A stretch of DNA of 64,000 bases from an uncultured Pelagibacteraceae bacterium (GCA_902605215.1 CACLBX010000001.1:35504-99503), one strand, 5' to 3'. Positions 9,475 to 20,895 are shown, numbered from the stretch's first letter. Numbers and translations are program-made. Notes: generated by a model from the sequence alone, not told the origin.

Positions 9475-10782
9475 ATGCAAAACCGTTCATTTTATGTAAA
9501 ATCGTATGGCTGTCAGATGAATGTCTATGATAGTCAAAAAATAACTTCAATACTTGAGAGCAAAGGACTAAAAAATAAATTAGACCCTAAATCAGCTGAT
9601 CTAGTAATTTTTAACACATGTAATATTCGTGAAAAGGCAGCACATAAATTATACTCTGATATAGGAAGAGTAAATAAACTGGGATTAAAAAAAACAATAG
9701 CAGTCGTTGGATGTGTAGCTCAGGCTGAAAACTCTGAAATGTTTCGAAAAAATAAATCAATCGATATTGTCCTTGGGCCACAAAGCTATCATCTCCTTCC
9801 AAAGATGCTGGATGATTTAGAAAATAATTTTAAACAAATTAACACTGACTTTATAGTGAATGAAAAGTTCGATTATTTGTCTGAGCAAATGAGACCACAA
9901 GGAGTGTCTTCAATGGTAACAATCCAGGAAGGATGTGATAAATTTTGTTCTTTCTGTGTTGTTCCTTACACAAGAGGTCCTGAATATTCTCGGTCAATTA
10001 AATCCATTTGCGATGAAGTAAAATTACTATCCCAAAAAGGAGCAAAAGAGATTGTATTCCTCGGTCAGAACGTCAATGCATATAATGATAAATCATATAA
10101 TAATGATGCCAAACTATCAGATTTGATCAGAGCAATTAGCGAATTTGATAGTGTTAAAAGAATAAGGTACACAACATCTCATCCAATTAATATGGATGAA
10201 GAATTAATTCAAGAACACAAAAATAATATGAAGCTAATGCCATTTCTTCATTTACCTGTTCAATCTGGTTCAGAATCAATTTTAAAAAAAATGAACAGAA
10301 AATATGACCCTGATTTTTATCGAAGAACTATCGATCGGTTAAAGAAAGCAAAACCAGATATAGAAATATCCTCAGATTTTATTGTTGGGTACCCAGGTGA
10401 GACAGATCAAGATTTTAATGATACATTAAAACTTATTGATGATATCGAGTTTACCCAATCATATTCATTTATTTATAGCTCAAGACCTGGAACCAAGTCA
10501 TCGACAGAAGCCGATAACACTCCCATTTCAGTGAAAAAAGAAAGACTCTTAGTGTTACAAGAAAAATTAAAAAAAATTCAATACTCCTTTAATAATGAGT
10601 TCTGTAATAAAACTGTAAAAGTGTTAATTGAGAATCAAAGTTCAAGCAATCCTGAGTATTTTTTTGGAAGAACGCCATTTATGCAATCCGTTTATATCAA
10701 GTCCAATGATCTAGTGCCAGGTCATGAAAAAGATATTGATATTACGTCTTGCAACCATAAGAGTTTATATGGTACTTGTTAA
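9475..10782 (+). CDS. miaB: tRNA-i6A37 methylthiotransferase
   Basis: 435 aa. UPF0004 N-domain (YGCQMN), radical-SAM CDKFCSFCVVP and a TRAM-like C-terminus. Confidence 0.93.
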   Translation: MQNRSFYVKSYGCQMNVYDSQKITSILESKGLKNKLDPKSADLVIFNTCNIREKAAHKLYSDIGRVNKLGLKKTIAVVGCVAQAENSEMFRKNKSIDIVLGPQSYHLLPKMLDDLENNFKQINTDFIVNEKFDYLSEQMRPQGVSSMVTIQEGCDKFCSFCVVPYTRGPEYSRSIKSICDEVKLLSQKGAKEIVFLGQNVNAYNDKSYNNDAKLSDLIRAISEFDSVKRIRYTTSHPINMDEELIQEHKNNMKLMPFLHLPVQSGSESILKKMNRKYDPDFYRRTIDRLKKAKPDIEISSDFIVGYPGETDQDFNDTLKLIDDIEFTQSYSFIYSSRPGTKSSTEADNTPISVKKERLLVLQEKLKKIQYSFNNEFCNKTVKVLIENQSSSNPEYFFGRTPFMQSVYIKSNDLVPGHEKDIDITSCNHKSLYGTC

Positions 10783-11822
10783 AAATTCATTATCCGCTTA
10801 ATTTGAAAAATAAACAAATAAAACCCATATCTGAAAATAAAAAGGACCTGACATCAGGATCTTCCATAATAAATATTGATAACTTAGATGTTGTTGAGAT
10901 ATTTGGAGTTAACAATGAAAATTTAAATTTTTTTGAAGATCAGCTTCCCATTAAGGTCTTTCAAAAAGGAAATCAACTAAATATTAAAGGTGAAAAAAAA
11001 TACAGAAATATTTTGCGAAATGCAATTTTAAAAACACAACAGGATTTAAAATCTAACAGAAAAGGAAACAATATTAATTTAATGCAGGAGAATCTAAAAA
11101 TGCAATCTTTAAATGAAAATGACAAAATAAGAAACTTGACAGTTACCAAGACAGCAAAACTTGATGTCATTGGCAAAAGTAAAATGCAAAATCATTATTT
11201 AGATATTCTTCAGAAAAAGAAAATTATCTTTGCAGTCGGTCCAGCCGGAACAGGTAAAACATTTTTAGCAGTTGCTGCAGCAGTTTCTCAATTATTAGAT
11301 AATAAATTTGACAGAATAATTCTCTCTAGACCAGCAGTGGAAGCTGGAGAAAAACTTGGTTTCTTACCTGGTGATTTAAAAGAAAAAGTAGATCCTTACT
11401 TGAGACCTTTATATGACAGTCTTTATGATCTTATGCCGTCAGATATAGCCTTAAGGAAAATTGAATCTGCTGAAATTGAAATTGCTCCCTTAGCTTTCAT
11501 GAGAGGTAGAACATTAAATAATTCCTTTGTAATTTTAGACGAAGCTCAGAATGCAACTCATACGCAAATAAAAATGTTCTTAACTAGGTGTGGTAAAAAT
11601 TCTAGAATGGTCGTTACAGGCGATCCATCCCAAATAGACCTGAATAGAAAAAGTGACTCAGGATTATTAAAATCAGTTAAAATTTTAGAAAAAATTGATA
11701 ACATTGAAGTTGTTGAGCTAGGCTCAAAAGATATTGTTAGAGATGAAATGGTCACGAAAATTATAAATGCATATGATTCATACGATGACCAAATAAAAGA
11801 TCTTTTTGATAAATCATCTTAA
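10776..11822 (+). CDS. ybeZ: PhoH-like ATPase (YbeZ)
   Basis: 348 aa from a TTG start (start uncertain). Walker A GPAGTGKT, ILDEAQN, VVTGDPSQIDL. Confidence 0.9.
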   Translation: MLKIHYPLNLKNKQIKPISENKKDLTSGSSIINIDNLDVVEIFGVNNENLNFFEDQLPIKVFQKGNQLNIKGEKKYRNILRNAILKTQQDLKSNRKGNNINLMQENLKMQSLNENDKIRNLTVTKTAKLDVIGKSKMQNHYLDILQKKKIIFAVGPAGTGKTFLAVAAAVSQLLDNKFDRIILSRPAVEAGEKLGFLPGDLKEKVDPYLRPLYDSLYDLMPSDIALRKIESAEIEIAPLAFMRGRTLNNSFVILDEAQNATHTQIKMFLTRCGKNSRMVVTGDPSQIDLNRKSDSGLLKSVKILEKIDNIEVVELGSKDIVRDEMVTKIINAYDSYDDQIKDLFDKSS

Positions 11823-11827
11823 CCTTT

Positions 11828-12277
11828 ATGGTGGAAATTAGTTACAATATAAAAAGTTCAGAGTGGAATAAAAATTTGCCTTCCTATAAAAAATGTATCT
11901 CTGATTCTATTAACCAGACATTTAAAATAATAAAATTTTCTTCAAACAATGAAGTTTCTATAAGTTTTCTTCTTACATCAAATAGTGAAATTAAACTTTT
12001 AAATAAGAAATATAGAAATAAAAATAAACCTACAAATGTTTTATCATTTCCAATGAATGAGAAGATTGAAAATAAAAATTATTTAGGGGACGTTGTCATC
12101 GCTTGTGAAAAAATTATTGACGAATCTCATGAACAAAATATAAAAAAATATAAATATTTATCAAAAATGACCATACATGGTGTGCTCCACTTATTAGGCT
12201 ATAAACATGATACTGACAGCCAATTTAATAAAATGAATTCAATTGAAAAAAATATACTTGAAGAAATTTACAAATAA
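11828..12277 (+). CDS. ybeY: rRNA maturation endoribonuclease YbeY
   Basis: 149 aa with the zinc motif HGVLHLLGYKH. Confidence 0.9.
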   Translation: MVEISYNIKSSEWNKNLPSYKKCISDSINQTFKIIKFSSNNEVSISFLLTSNSEIKLLNKKYRNKNKPTNVLSFPMNEKIENKNYLGDVVIACEKIIDESHEQNIKKYKYLSKMTIHGVLHLLGYKHDTDSQFNKMNSIEKNILEEIYK

Positions 12278-12279
12278 GT

Positions 12280-13110
12280 ATGCTTAAAAACTTAATAAAT
12301 AGATTATTACCCAGTAAAAATATAAATGGTGAATCCCTCAAGGAAAGTATTGAAACAGTTTTAGAGTCTTCTCAAAAAGGCACTGAAAGTATCTCAAAGC
12401 AAGAGAGATTGATGCTTCTAAATATTCTAAAAATTGATGAAATAAGAACGATAGACATAATGATCCCAAGAGCAGACATTGGAGCAGTCGAGGTTAATGA
12501 TAGCTTTGAAAAAGTATTAGAAATATTTATCAAAGAGTCTCATTCCAGAGTTCCAGTATATGAAAATAATTTAGATAATATCATTGGGATGATACATATA
12601 AAAGATTTAGTTAAATATCAAAATGAGGGCCGAAAAGAAGATAAATTTTTGGACATTATTAAAAGAGAAGTTTTGGAAATTCCACCCTCAATGCCAGTTT
12701 TAGATCTTCTATTAAAAATGCAAATCACACAACTGCATATGGGCATAGTAATTGACGAGTATGGTTGTACTGACGGTTTAGTTACAATTGAGGATGTAAT
12801 AGAGGAAGTAATTGGAGAAATTGAAGATGAACATGATGAGAAAAATTTGCCAATGTTAATCAAAACTTCTACCAATACAATTGAAGCAAGTGCAAGAGTT
12901 GAAATAGATGAACTTCAAAAAATAACAAACATAAATTTCTTATCGAACGAAAACAGCGATGATATTGATACTCTAGGAGGTTTAATTTTTTCTATAGCTG
13001 GGCGAGTTCCTCAAAGGGGGGAAATTATTAAACATAGTTCAGGTGTGACCTTTGAAATCAATGATGCTGATCCAATGAAAATAAAATCAGTTAAAATAAA
13101 AATCATATAA
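12280..13110 (+). CDS. corC: CBS-pair/CorC_HlyC domain protein (CorC/TlyC family)
   Basis: 276 aa with a CBS pair plus C-terminal transporter-associated domain. Conserved ybeY-corC-lnt order. Confidence 0.85.
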   Translation: MLKNLINRLLPSKNINGESLKESIETVLESSQKGTESISKQERLMLLNILKIDEIRTIDIMIPRADIGAVEVNDSFEKVLEIFIKESHSRVPVYENNLDNIIGMIHIKDLVKYQNEGRKEDKFLDIIKREVLEIPPSMPVLDLLLKMQITQLHMGIVIDEYGCTDGLVTIEDVIEEVIGEIEDEHDEKNLPMLIKTSTNTIEASARVEIDELQKITNINFLSNENSDDIDTLGGLIFSIAGRVPQRGEIIKHSSGVTFEINDADPMKIKSVKIKII

Positions 13111-13116
13111 TAGTAT

Positions 13117-14562
13117 ATGTTCTCAAAAGTTTTTTTTAGTAATAAAAAACTTATGATTTATTCTTCCTCGTTTTTGCTCGGGATACTTTTATCTTTTAGC
13201 TTTGAACCCTTTAAACTGCCTTTCATGTCAGTAATTGCCGTGGGTATGTTTTTTTTAGTAAATGATTATATTTATCAAAATTTACAAAATAAGAAGAAGA
13301 TTTTTTTTCTTACAGGGTTACTTTTTGGGTTTGGATTTTTCATATCTAGTATTAATTGGATTTCAAATTCAATTTTACAATTTAATGCAGATTTATATTA
13401 CTTAATTCCAGTACCACTTTTAATACTCCCACTTGCCTTGTCGCTATTTTATGCACTTATGCAAATTATTAATTATCTTTCGTGGTCGCAGTCCACCTCA
13501 CGTATTTTTTATTTCTCGGCCAATTGGGTAATTTTTGAATTACTAAGAAGCTATATGTTTACAGGATTTCCATGGAATCTAATCGCCTACAGTTGGTCGT
13601 GGTCCATATATTTCATGCAATCTTTATCTTTGTTTGGTGTATTTGGTCTTAGCTTAATTACTGTTTTCTGCGCAACTAGTATTTTTTCTTTTAGGATAAA
13701 AAATAATAATATTATATTCCCTTTAATTGCTACTTTAGTATTACTGACAACATTTCTATTTGGGTACAATCGAGTAAGTAATTACGAGGTAAAAAAGTCT
13801 GGTATTATTTTAAGAATTGTTCACACTGAATTTAATCAAAATGAAAAGTGGAAAAAGGAGTCACACAAAAAGATTGCTGAGGTAGGCTCACAAGACTTGA
13901 TTACAGTTTTTCCAGAAACTGCGTTTGGAATGGACGGTATAGGCCCATCAAATTGGTTCATTGGTCATATTCGTAATGAAGCAGGGCTATATTACAATTC
14001 GTTATCTTTCAATGGCCACCAATACGACAAAATTAAACTAGTACCTTTTGGTGAAAAAATACCATTCTCTAATTTTCTAAAAATTTTTTTTCCGAAAAAC
14101 TCTTTATTATTAAACTCAATGAAGAGCGGTAATGAAGATCAATCATTTGAAAGTAAAATTACACCACTCATTTGTTATGAGGCTGTATTCCCTAATTTTG
14201 TTCGAAATAAAATTAATAATGAAACTGAATTACTAGTAAATATTACTAATGATGCATGGTTTGGTACTTTTAGTGGTCCAAAGCAACATTTTGTACATGT
14301 TTTGTATAGATCAGTTGAATTGGGACTACCTCTTGCGAGATCATCCAATATGGGAATATCTGCATTAATAAACCCTATTGGTCTTGTAGATGGAATGGCT
14401 AGTTCAGATAAAATATCCTTTTTAGATGCAGAAATACCTAAAAAAATCGATATGACTATTTATCGAAAGTACGGTGAATTGATGGTGTATTTTTTAATAG
14501 TTTTATTTTTTATTATTGGCTATGCTATTGATCAATTATTTTTGGGGAAAAAAAATGACTAA
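13117..14562 (+). CDS. lnt: apolipoprotein N-acyltransferase
   Basis: 481 aa. Multi-TM N-half and a CN-hydrolase half with [14 protein letters not shown] and LICYE (Glu-Lys-Cys triad contexts). Confidence 0.88.
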   Translation: MFSKVFFSNKKLMIYSSSFLLGILLSFSFEPFKLPFMSVIAVGMFFLVNDYIYQNLQNKKKIFFLTGLLFGFGFFISSINWISNSILQFNADLYYLIPVPLLILPLALSLFYALMQIINYLSWSQSTSRIFYFSANWVIFELLRSYMFTGFPWNLIAYSWSWSIYFMQSLSLFGVFGLSLITVFCATSIFSFRIKNNNIIFPLIATLVLLTTFLFGYNRVSNYEVKKSGIILRIVHTEFNQNEKWKKESHKKIAEVGSQDLITVFPETAFGMDGIGPSNWFIGHIRNEAGLYYNSLSFNGHQYDKIKLVPFGEKIPFSNFLKIFFPKNSLLLNSMKSGNEDQSFESKITPLICYEAVFPNFVRNKINNETELLVNITNDAWFGTFSGPKQHFVHVLYRSVELGLPLARSSNMGISALINPIGLVDGMASSDKISFLDAEIPKKIDMTIYRKYGELMVYFLIVLFFIIGYAIDQLFLGKKND

Positions 14563-15712
14563 AGAATATTTATTTACAAGTGAATCCGTGTCAGAAGGCC
14601 ATCCTGACAAAGTGTGTGATATTATTTCAGATTCAATAGTTGATGATTTTTTATCACAAGAAAATCCAGAGAATGCTAGAGTCGCAATGGAAACATTGGT
14701 TACTACTAATAAAGTAGTTATTGCTGGCGAAGTTCGAGGTCCTGAAGGCTACAACTGTAACTATGAAGAGTTAGCGAGAAATGCAGTAAAAGAAATTGGA
14801 TATGAACAAGATGGATTTCATTGGAAAAACTTGTCTTTTGACTCGTCGGGTGTTCATAGTCAATCTGCAGATATAGCAATGGGTGTTGATGCATCTGGAA
14901 ATAAAGATCAAGGTGCGGGAGATCAAGGAATAATGTTTGGATATGCATGTAAAGAAACACCATCTTTAATGCCAGCACCAATATATTATTCCCATAAGAT
15001 ACTTGAGTTAATGGCATCAGAGCGAAAATCTGGAAATACTATTGGAATTCAACCTGACTCTAAAAGTCAAGTTACATTAAAATATAAAAATGGTGAGCCT
15101 GAAATTTGCACTAAAATAGTTGTTTCTACTCAACATGATACTGAGCTTGATCAGCAAGCCGTTAGTGATCTGGTAATTCCATTAATTAAAACTGTAATGC
15201 CCCAAGAATGGATGGATAATAATACTGAGATACTAATTAATCCAACTGGAAAATTTGTGATCGGTGGCCCCGATGGTGATACTGGATTAACTGGAAGAAA
15301 AATCATTGTTGATACTTATGGTGGTGCTGCTCCGCATGGTGGTGGAGCTTTTTCTGGAAAAGACCCAACAAAAGTTGACAGATCCGCAGCTTACATTTCA
15401 AGATATATAGCTAAAAATATAGTTGCGGCTGGATTAGCTGATAGATGCACACTCCAACTTGCATATGCTATTGGTGTTTCTGAACCATTATCAATTTATG
15501 TAGATACCCATGGAACATCTCGAATAAAGGACGATGATTTAATAAAAAAAATAACTGATAATATTGATTTATCTCCTAGAGGTATAAGAGATCATTTAAG
15601 TTTGCATAAGCCAATCTATAAAAAAAGTGCTGCATACGGACATTTCGGTAGAGAACCTATGACGGATGGTTCTTTCTCTTGGGAAAAATTAGATCTAGCA
15701 GAAAAATTATAA
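14555..15712 (+). CDS. metK: S-adenosylmethionine synthase
   Basis: Track ORF begins at 14516, but the conserved N-terminus [22 protein letters not shown] starts at the ATG at 14555 (8-nt overlap with the lnt stop). Motifs GAGDQG and GGGAFSGKD. Confidence 0.96.
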   Translation: MTKEYLFTSESVSEGHPDKVCDIISDSIVDDFLSQENPENARVAMETLVTTNKVVIAGEVRGPEGYNCNYEELARNAVKEIGYEQDGFHWKNLSFDSSGVHSQSADIAMGVDASGNKDQGAGDQGIMFGYACKETPSLMPAPIYYSHKILELMASERKSGNTIGIQPDSKSQVTLKYKNGEPEICTKIVVSTQHDTELDQQAVSDLVIPLIKTVMPQEWMDNNTEILINPTGKFVIGGPDGDTGLTGRKIIVDTYGGAAPHGGGAFSGKDPTKVDRSAAYISRYIAKNIVAAGLADRCTLQLAYAIGVSEPLSIYVDTHGTSRIKDDDLIKKITDNIDLSPRGIRDHLSLHKPIYKKSAAYGHFGREPMTDGSFSWEKLDLAEKL

Positions 15713-15716
15713 TTTA

Positions 15717-16418
15717 TTGTTAGACTTACGATCTAAATTTCCTGATTATTATCAGTATCATGGAAGAAATATTTCTAAGAAGCTTTCATTACAAAATGTA
15801 AGAATTTTAAATGATTACTTTAGTAAGTATGCATTAGATAAAAAAATATTAAATATCTCATCTAAAACAAGTACGGAGCAGCTGCTGCAATCGAACTTAT
15901 TCAAAAAAGTAATAATTGAGGTTGGTTTTGGTGATGGAGAGCATCTTATTGAAAGTGCTCTTTCTAATCCAAAAGTTTTATTTGTTGGGTCAGAGGTATA
16001 TGTTAATGGAGTTGCTAAAGTATTAAAAAAAATCTTAGAGCACGATATAAAAAATATTCGCTTATGTGGTATGAATTTTGTATATTTGCTTAACACACTT
16101 AATCAAAATAGCATTGATGAATTGAAAATTATTAATCCTGATCCGTGGCATAAAAAACGTCATTTCAAACGAAGATTAGTCAATCTAGAAAATATTATTA
16201 AGATAATTGGAATAGTAAAAAATAAATATGCCACCTACATAACGACAGATTCCGAAAGTTACTTTAATTATATTAACGAAATTTTTAGTTCAAATTCAAA
16301 GATAATTCATGAAAATAAAAATAAGATTCTATCGAATAATGACAGATTATATGGCGTGTCAAGATACCAAAGAAAAGCTATTAAAAATGGAAAGAAAATA
16401 TATCAACTAACTTTCTGA
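15717..16418 (+). CDS. trmB: tRNA (guanine46-N7)-methyltransferase
   Basis: 233 aa from a TTG start. Motifs EVGFGDGEH and NPDPWHKKRHFKRR. Confidence 0.85.
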   Translation: MLDLRSKFPDYYQYHGRNISKKLSLQNVRILNDYFSKYALDKKILNISSKTSTEQLLQSNLFKKVIIEVGFGDGEHLIESALSNPKVLFVGSEVYVNGVAKVLKKILEHDIKNIRLCGMNFVYLLNTLNQNSIDELKIINPDPWHKKRHFKRRLVNLENIIKIIGIVKNKYATYITTDSESYFNYINEIFSSNSKIIHENKNKILSNNDRLYGVSRYQRKAIKNGKKIYQLTF

Positions 16419-16439
16419 TATTGTTATATATTTAGGTAC

Positions 16440-16468
16440 TTGATTTATGAGAATTAGCAGTGTATAGA
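16440..16468 (+). promoter_or_regulatory. candidate sigma70-type promoter in the nusA leader (TTGATT-17 nt-TATAGA)
   Basis: -35 TTGATT at 16440-16445, a 17-nt spacer, -10 TATAGA at 16463-16468. Such hexamers are common in AT-rich DNA, so this is tentative. Confidence 0.35.
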
Positions 16469-16494
16469 TCTTTCAAAATATAGCTAAACCAAGC

Positions 16495-16522
16495 AAAAGT
16501 GGGTTAAGCCCACTTTTTTTTT
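16495..16522 (+). terminator. intrinsic terminator (A-tract, GTGGG/CCCAC stem, T9 tract) 20 nt upstream of nusA
   Basis: Sequence AAAAGTGGG-TTAAG-CCCACTTTTTTTTT read directly. One of very few GC-rich hairpin plus T-run structures in the window. Confidence 0.75.
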
Positions 16523-16541
16523 ATGCTAAAAGGAACAAAAG

Positions 16542-18077
16542 ATGGTTAGTGCAAATAAGATCGAAATTTTAAGAATAGCTGAAACTGTTGCTCAGGAAAA
16601 AATGATTGATAAATCAATTGTAATTTCAGCATTAGAAGAAGCAATTGAAAAAGCAGCAAAAAGTAATTACGGCGAAGAAAATGAAGTTGTTGTTGAAATA
16701 AATCAAGAGAACGGTGATATATCCATTTCTAGAAAAATGTCGGTTGTTGAAGAAGTAAAGAATAAATTTCTTGAAATAACTTTGAAATCGGCAAAAAAAA
16801 TTAATGGAGCTGCCCAGTTAGGTGACGTATTACTTGATCCATTGCCGGCAATTGACTTTGGCAGAATTGGAGCTCAAGCCGCAAAGCAAGTTATTAACTC
16901 TAAAGTTCGAGAAGCTGAAAGAGAAAGACAATACAATGAATATAAAGATAGAGTTGGAGAAATAGTAAATGGTATTGTAAAAAGATCTGAATTTGGAAAT
17001 ATTGTACTTGATTTAGGTAAAGCTGAAGGAGTGGTTAGAAAAGATCAAACTATACCAAGAGAAAATCTTAGAAATGGTGATAGGGTAAGAGCATATATAT
17101 ATGATGTTAGATCTGAACTAAAAGGCCCACAAATTTTTATGTCAAGATCTCACCCGCAATTTATGGCAAAGTTATTTATGCAGGAAGTCCCAGAAATTTA
17201 CGATGGAATCATTTCTATTAAAAGTGTTGCTAGAGATCCAGGAAGTAGAGCGAAGATAGCAGTATATACTGAAGATGGCTCAATAGATCCGGTAGGAGCC
17301 TGTGTAGGAATGCGAGGTAGCAGAGTCCAAGCGGTAGTAAATGAATTACAAGGTGAAAAAATTGATATAATAAACTGGTCCGAAAATGTTGCGAATCTTG
17401 CTATTTCTTCTCTTTCTCCAGCAGAGGTACTTAAAGTAGTTTTAGACGAAGATCAAAATAAAATAGAGGTCGTTGTCTCCGAAGAACACTTAAGTCTTGC
17501 AATTGGCAGAAGGGGACAAAACGTAAAACTTGCGACTGAGCTGACAGGTTATGAAATAGATATTTTAACTGAAGATGAGGAGTCATCAAAAAGACAAGAG
17601 GACTTCTCAACTAAAACAAATGTATTTATTGACTCACTAGATGTTGACGAAACTCTCGCGCAACTTTTAGTAAGTGAGGGATTTGGAAGCATTGAAGAGG
17701 TAATTGATGCTGAAGAAAGCGAACTTCTAGCAATTGAAGGATTCGATGAAGAAATTGCAGCTGAGTTAGTTGAGAGATCAAAGAAATATATGTCTGAGTT
17801 GGATGAAAAAAATAACAAGAAACTTGAGGAGTATAATGTTTCAAAAGATTTGATTGAATTCAGTTTTTTATCTAAAGCGATGTTAGTAAAACTTGCCGAG
17901 AATAATATAAAGACGTTGGAAGATTTTGCAGGTCTAACTACTGATGATCTAATCGGATACCTTGAAGATAGAAGTGATAAAAATTCTAGAGTTACTGGTT
18001 TATTTGAAGAATTTAATATTAACAAAGATGAAGGCGATCAATTAATTATGGAGGCAAGAAAAATATGGCTTGAATAG
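16542..18077 (+). CDS. nusA: transcription termination/antitermination factor NusA
   Basis: 511 aa with S1 and KH domains (GACVGMRGSRVQ, AIGRRGQNV) and an acidic C-terminal HhH repeat region. Confidence 0.96.
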   Translation: MVSANKIEILRIAETVAQEKMIDKSIVISALEEAIEKAAKSNYGEENEVVVEINQENGDISISRKMSVVEEVKNKFLEITLKSAKKINGAAQLGDVLLDPLPAIDFGRIGAQAAKQVINSKVREAERERQYNEYKDRVGEIVNGIVKRSEFGNIVLDLGKAEGVVRKDQTIPRENLRNGDRVRAYIYDVRSELKGPQIFMSRSHPQFMAKLFMQEVPEIYDGIISIKSVARDPGSRAKIAVYTEDGSIDPVGACVGMRGSRVQAVVNELQGEKIDIINWSENVANLAISSLSPAEVLKVVLDEDQNKIEVVVSEEHLSLAIGRRGQNVKLATELTGYEIDILTEDEESSKRQEDFSTKTNVFIDSLDVDETLAQLLVSEGFGSIEEVIDAEESELLAIEGFDEEIAAELVERSKKYMSELDEKNNKKLEEYNVSKDLIEFSFLSKAMLVKLAENNIKTLEDFAGLTTDDLIGYLEDRSDKNSRVTGLFEEFNINKDEGDQLIMEARKIWLE

Positions 18078-18102
18078 TCATATATATATCTAAAGGACTC
18101 TC

Positions 18103-20508
18103 ATGACTGAAAATAAAGAGATAAAAAAAGGAAAAAAAACGTTAAGTCTTAAGTTGGGTTCGAAACCCATCATCTCCAACAAAAGAGGGATCGAGGCAGG
18201 CAAGACAGTAATTGTAGAAAAAAAAAGGTATAAAAGAAATACTAATACAGATCAGAAGCCTGAACAGGCATCACTAAATAAAAAAGAAGTTACCAATTCA
18301 CCAAGCGTAGCAGAAGATACTATTACAGATAAGAAATCAAGATCTGGTGTAATTTTGAAACCACTTACTAAAGATGAACAAAAAAAGATTTTACAAGCTG
18401 ACAGTAAAGAGGAAAAAAATGATGCTATTGATAAAATAAGAAAAGGTAATTCAGCTGAAGATTCCATAAATGAAAAACATACAAAAATTGAGGATAATTC
18501 AGAGTCTAGCGTTGAATTAAAAGACGATAAAAAAGATACTGAAAAGAAGAAAGCTATTCAAGATAAAGAAACAGATTTTCAAGAAAAAAAGAAGCCATCT
18601 AGCACCTTTGGAAGGAAAAAAATTAGAGAGAGAAAAGTAACTATTGTCACTGCCTTGAGTGATGTAGATGAAAGAACGAGAAGTTTAGCTGCATATAAAA
18701 GAGCTAAGCAAAAGACAAGAAAGAACCTATCAGATCAAGAGCCTGCTAAAAAAATTGTAAGAGATGTTTACATTCCAGAACATTTAACAGTGAAAGAACT
18801 TGCCAATCGAATGACAGAAAAATCAGGAGATTTAATTAAATCACTAATGAAAATGGGAATGATGGCTACAATAAATGAGTCTCTAGATGCAGATACAGCT
18901 GAATTATTAGTAACTGAATTTGGCCATAACTTTAAAAGAGAAAATATTGAGGAAATAGAGAAAGATTTAATCTCTAAGGACATTGAGGCAATAAAAGAAG
19001 ACTCAAGATCACCTATTGTTACAATAATGGGTCATGTTGATCATGGAAAAACTTCTTTATTAGACAAAATAAGGAATGCAAATGTTGTTTCAGGAGAAAG
19101 TGGAGGTATTACTCAGCATATAGGCGCTTACGAAGTTGAGCATAAAGGTAGCAAAATTACTTTTATTGATACTCCTGGACATGCAGCATTTACAGATATG
19201 CGAGCAAGAGGTGCAAATGTAACTGATATAGTAATTTTAATTGTTGCTGCTGATGATGGAGTAATGCCTCAGACAAAAGAAGCAATAGCCCATGCTAAAT
19301 CTGCAAATGCCCCAATTATAGTTGCAATTAATAAGTGTGATAAGGAGGAGGCTCAACCTCAAAAAATTAAAGAACAATTATTATCAGAGGAATTAATAGT
19401 TGAAGATTTGTCTGGAGATGTACAATGTATTGAAGTGTCAGCAGAAACAGGACACAACCTTGACAAACTTCTTGATTCAATTGTTGTGCAGTCAGAGGTT
19501 TCAGAGCTAAAGACAAACAATCAAACTTTTGCTGAAGCCACTGTAATAGAGGCTAATGTTGATAAAGGCAGAGGTCCAATATGTAATATTATTATAACAA
19601 ATGGAAAACTATCTGTTGGAGATATTGCTGTTGCAGGAAGTGAATACGGTAAGGTAAGAGCGATACTTAATGATAAGGGAAAAAATTTAAAAGAGGCAAC
19701 TTCATCTATGCCTGTACAGGTCTTGGGTTTAAATAATCCTCCTGAGGCTGGAGATAGTTTTGTCACAGTTGAAAGTGACGAAAAAGCGAGAGAATTATGT
19801 GAGATTAGAAGTGAAATAAAAACTAATAAAGCGTTACCAAAGAAGATCAAAAATCTAGATGGAGATACAACATTTGGCTCATTAAATGGTAAAAGGGAAA
19901 TATTGGAAGTTGTGGTGAAATCTGATACTCGAGGATCTTCAGAAGCTATCGTCCATCAAATTGAAGGCATTGATAGTGATAAGATAAACATTAAAGTAAT
20001 TCATTCAGGTGTGGGATTTATAAATGAAAGTGATGTTGCTCTTGCGTCAGCATCTAACGCATTACTCATTTCATTTAACACGACAGCAACAAAAGAGGCA
20101 AAATCAAAGGCTAAGCTAAGTAATCTAAATATTCAAAATTTTAATATTATCTATGAACTTCTCGAATATGTTTCTGATTTTGCAAGCGGCAAACTTAAGC
20201 CTACTCTTCAAGAAAGTTTTATTGGTAAAGCAGAAGTTCTACAAATTTTCAAAGTTTCAAAAATAGGCTCAATTGCAGGTTGTATTGTTGTTGAAGGTTC
20301 GGTTAATAAAAATGCTAAAGTAAGAGTAATAAGAAATTCAGAAACCATATATGATGGTGATATTCTCAGTTTAAAACGAGAAAAAAATGAAGCAAATGAA
20401 GTTAAAGCTGGAACAGAATGTGGAATAAGTGTTAAAGAATTTAACGATTTCCAAATAGGAGATAATATAGAAGTATTTAGTGTTGAGGAAATAGCACAGT
20501 CACTGTGA
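18103..20508 (+). CDS. infB: translation initiation factor IF-2
   Basis: 801 aa. Lys/Glu-rich N-terminus and G-domain motifs [21 protein letters not shown]. Confidence 0.97.
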   Translation: MTENKEIKKGKKTLSLKLGSKPIISNKRGIEAGKTVIVEKKRYKRNTNTDQKPEQASLNKKEVTNSPSVAEDTITDKKSRSGVILKPLTKDEQKKILQADSKEEKNDAIDKIRKGNSAEDSINEKHTKIEDNSESSVELKDDKKDTEKKKAIQDKETDFQEKKKPSSTFGRKKIRERKVTIVTALSDVDERTRSLAAYKRAKQKTRKNLSDQEPAKKIVRDVYIPEHLTVKELANRMTEKSGDLIKSLMKMGMMATINESLDADTAELLVTEFGHNFKRENIEEIEKDLISKDIEAIKEDSRSPIVTIMGHVDHGKTSLLDKIRNANVVSGESGGITQHIGAYEVEHKGSKITFIDTPGHAAFTDMRARGANVTDIVILIVAADDGVMPQTKEAIAHAKSANAPIIVAINKCDKEEAQPQKIKEQLLSEELIVEDLSGDVQCIEVSAETGHNLDKLLDSIVVQSEVSELKTNNQTFAEATVIEANVDKGRGPICNIIITNGKLSVGDIAVAGSEYGKVRAILNDKGKNLKEATSSMPVQVLGLNNPPEAGDSFVTVESDEKARELCEIRSEIKTNKALPKKIKNLDGDTTFGSLNGKREILEVVVKSDTRGSSEAIVHQIEGIDSDKINIKVIHSGVGFINESDVALASASNALLISFNTTATKEAKSKAKLSNLNIQNFNIIYELLEYVSDFASGKLKPTLQESFIGKAEVLQIFKVSKIGSIAGCIVVEGSVNKNAKVRVIRNSETIYDGDILSLKREKNEANEVKAGTECGISVKEFNDFQIGDNIEVFSVEEIAQSL

Positions 20509-20894
20509 TCCTAAAAAGGAAATACGAAACCACTGATAGATCCCTAAAAGTTTCTGAAATAATTAGAAAAGCAGTAAGTGAAGTTCTTGTAAGAAATGAA
20601 TTTCCAATTAATCCATCATTTAATTTTCCATTAAGCGTTGTTAATGTTGAAATGAATAAGGATCTTAAAATTGCATATGTATATGTATTAACTCATGAAA
20701 AAATAGATAAGGATACAATAATAGAAAGACTAAAGAGTTGTAAAAAATATATTTCTCAAGAAGTAAATAAGTTAGTAGATCTTAAGTTTATTCCTAAGTT
20801 AGTATTTCGAAATGATGAGACAGTTGACCAATTAAATAATATCAACAATTTATTAAACTCTGATAAATATATTAAAGATAATAACGTAGATTAA
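20505..20894 (+). CDS. rbfA: ribosome-binding factor A
   Basis: 129 aa from a GTG start overlapping the infB stop (GTGA). Conserved infB-rbfA-truB position and RbfA-like KH pattern. Confidence 0.8.
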   Translation: MILKRKYETTDRSLKVSEIIRKAVSEVLVRNEFPINPSFNFPLSVVNVEMNKDLKIAYVYVLTHEKIDKDTIIERLKSCKKYISQEVNKLVDLKFIPKLVFRNDETVDQLNNINNLLNSDKYIKDNNVD

Positions 20895-20895
20895 G

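Noticed and set aside
14516-14554. Upstream extension of the metK ORF ([13 protein letters not shown]..)
   Set aside because: The conserved MetK N-terminus starts at the ATG at 14555, and the extension lies entirely inside the lnt coding sequence.
16447-16467. Six-codon mini-ORF (MRISSV) in the nusA leader as a possible leader peptide
   Set aside because: It has no Shine-Dalgarno-like sequence, overlaps the putative promoter itself, and such mini-ORFs are expected by chance.
17549-18025. 158-aa antisense ORF inside nusA (plus a 72-aa one at 17626..17844)
   Set aside because: It is a Ser/Leu-rich translation of the reverse complement of the Glu/Asp/Lys-rich NusA C-terminus. GAA/GAT/AAA-rich sense codons give stop-free antisense frames. 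I see no start context or recognisable fold.
18252-19850. Antisense ORFs within infB (18252..18467, 18768..18983, 19521..19850)
   Set aside because: Same reasoning: they oppose a strongly supported gene and have no independent signals.
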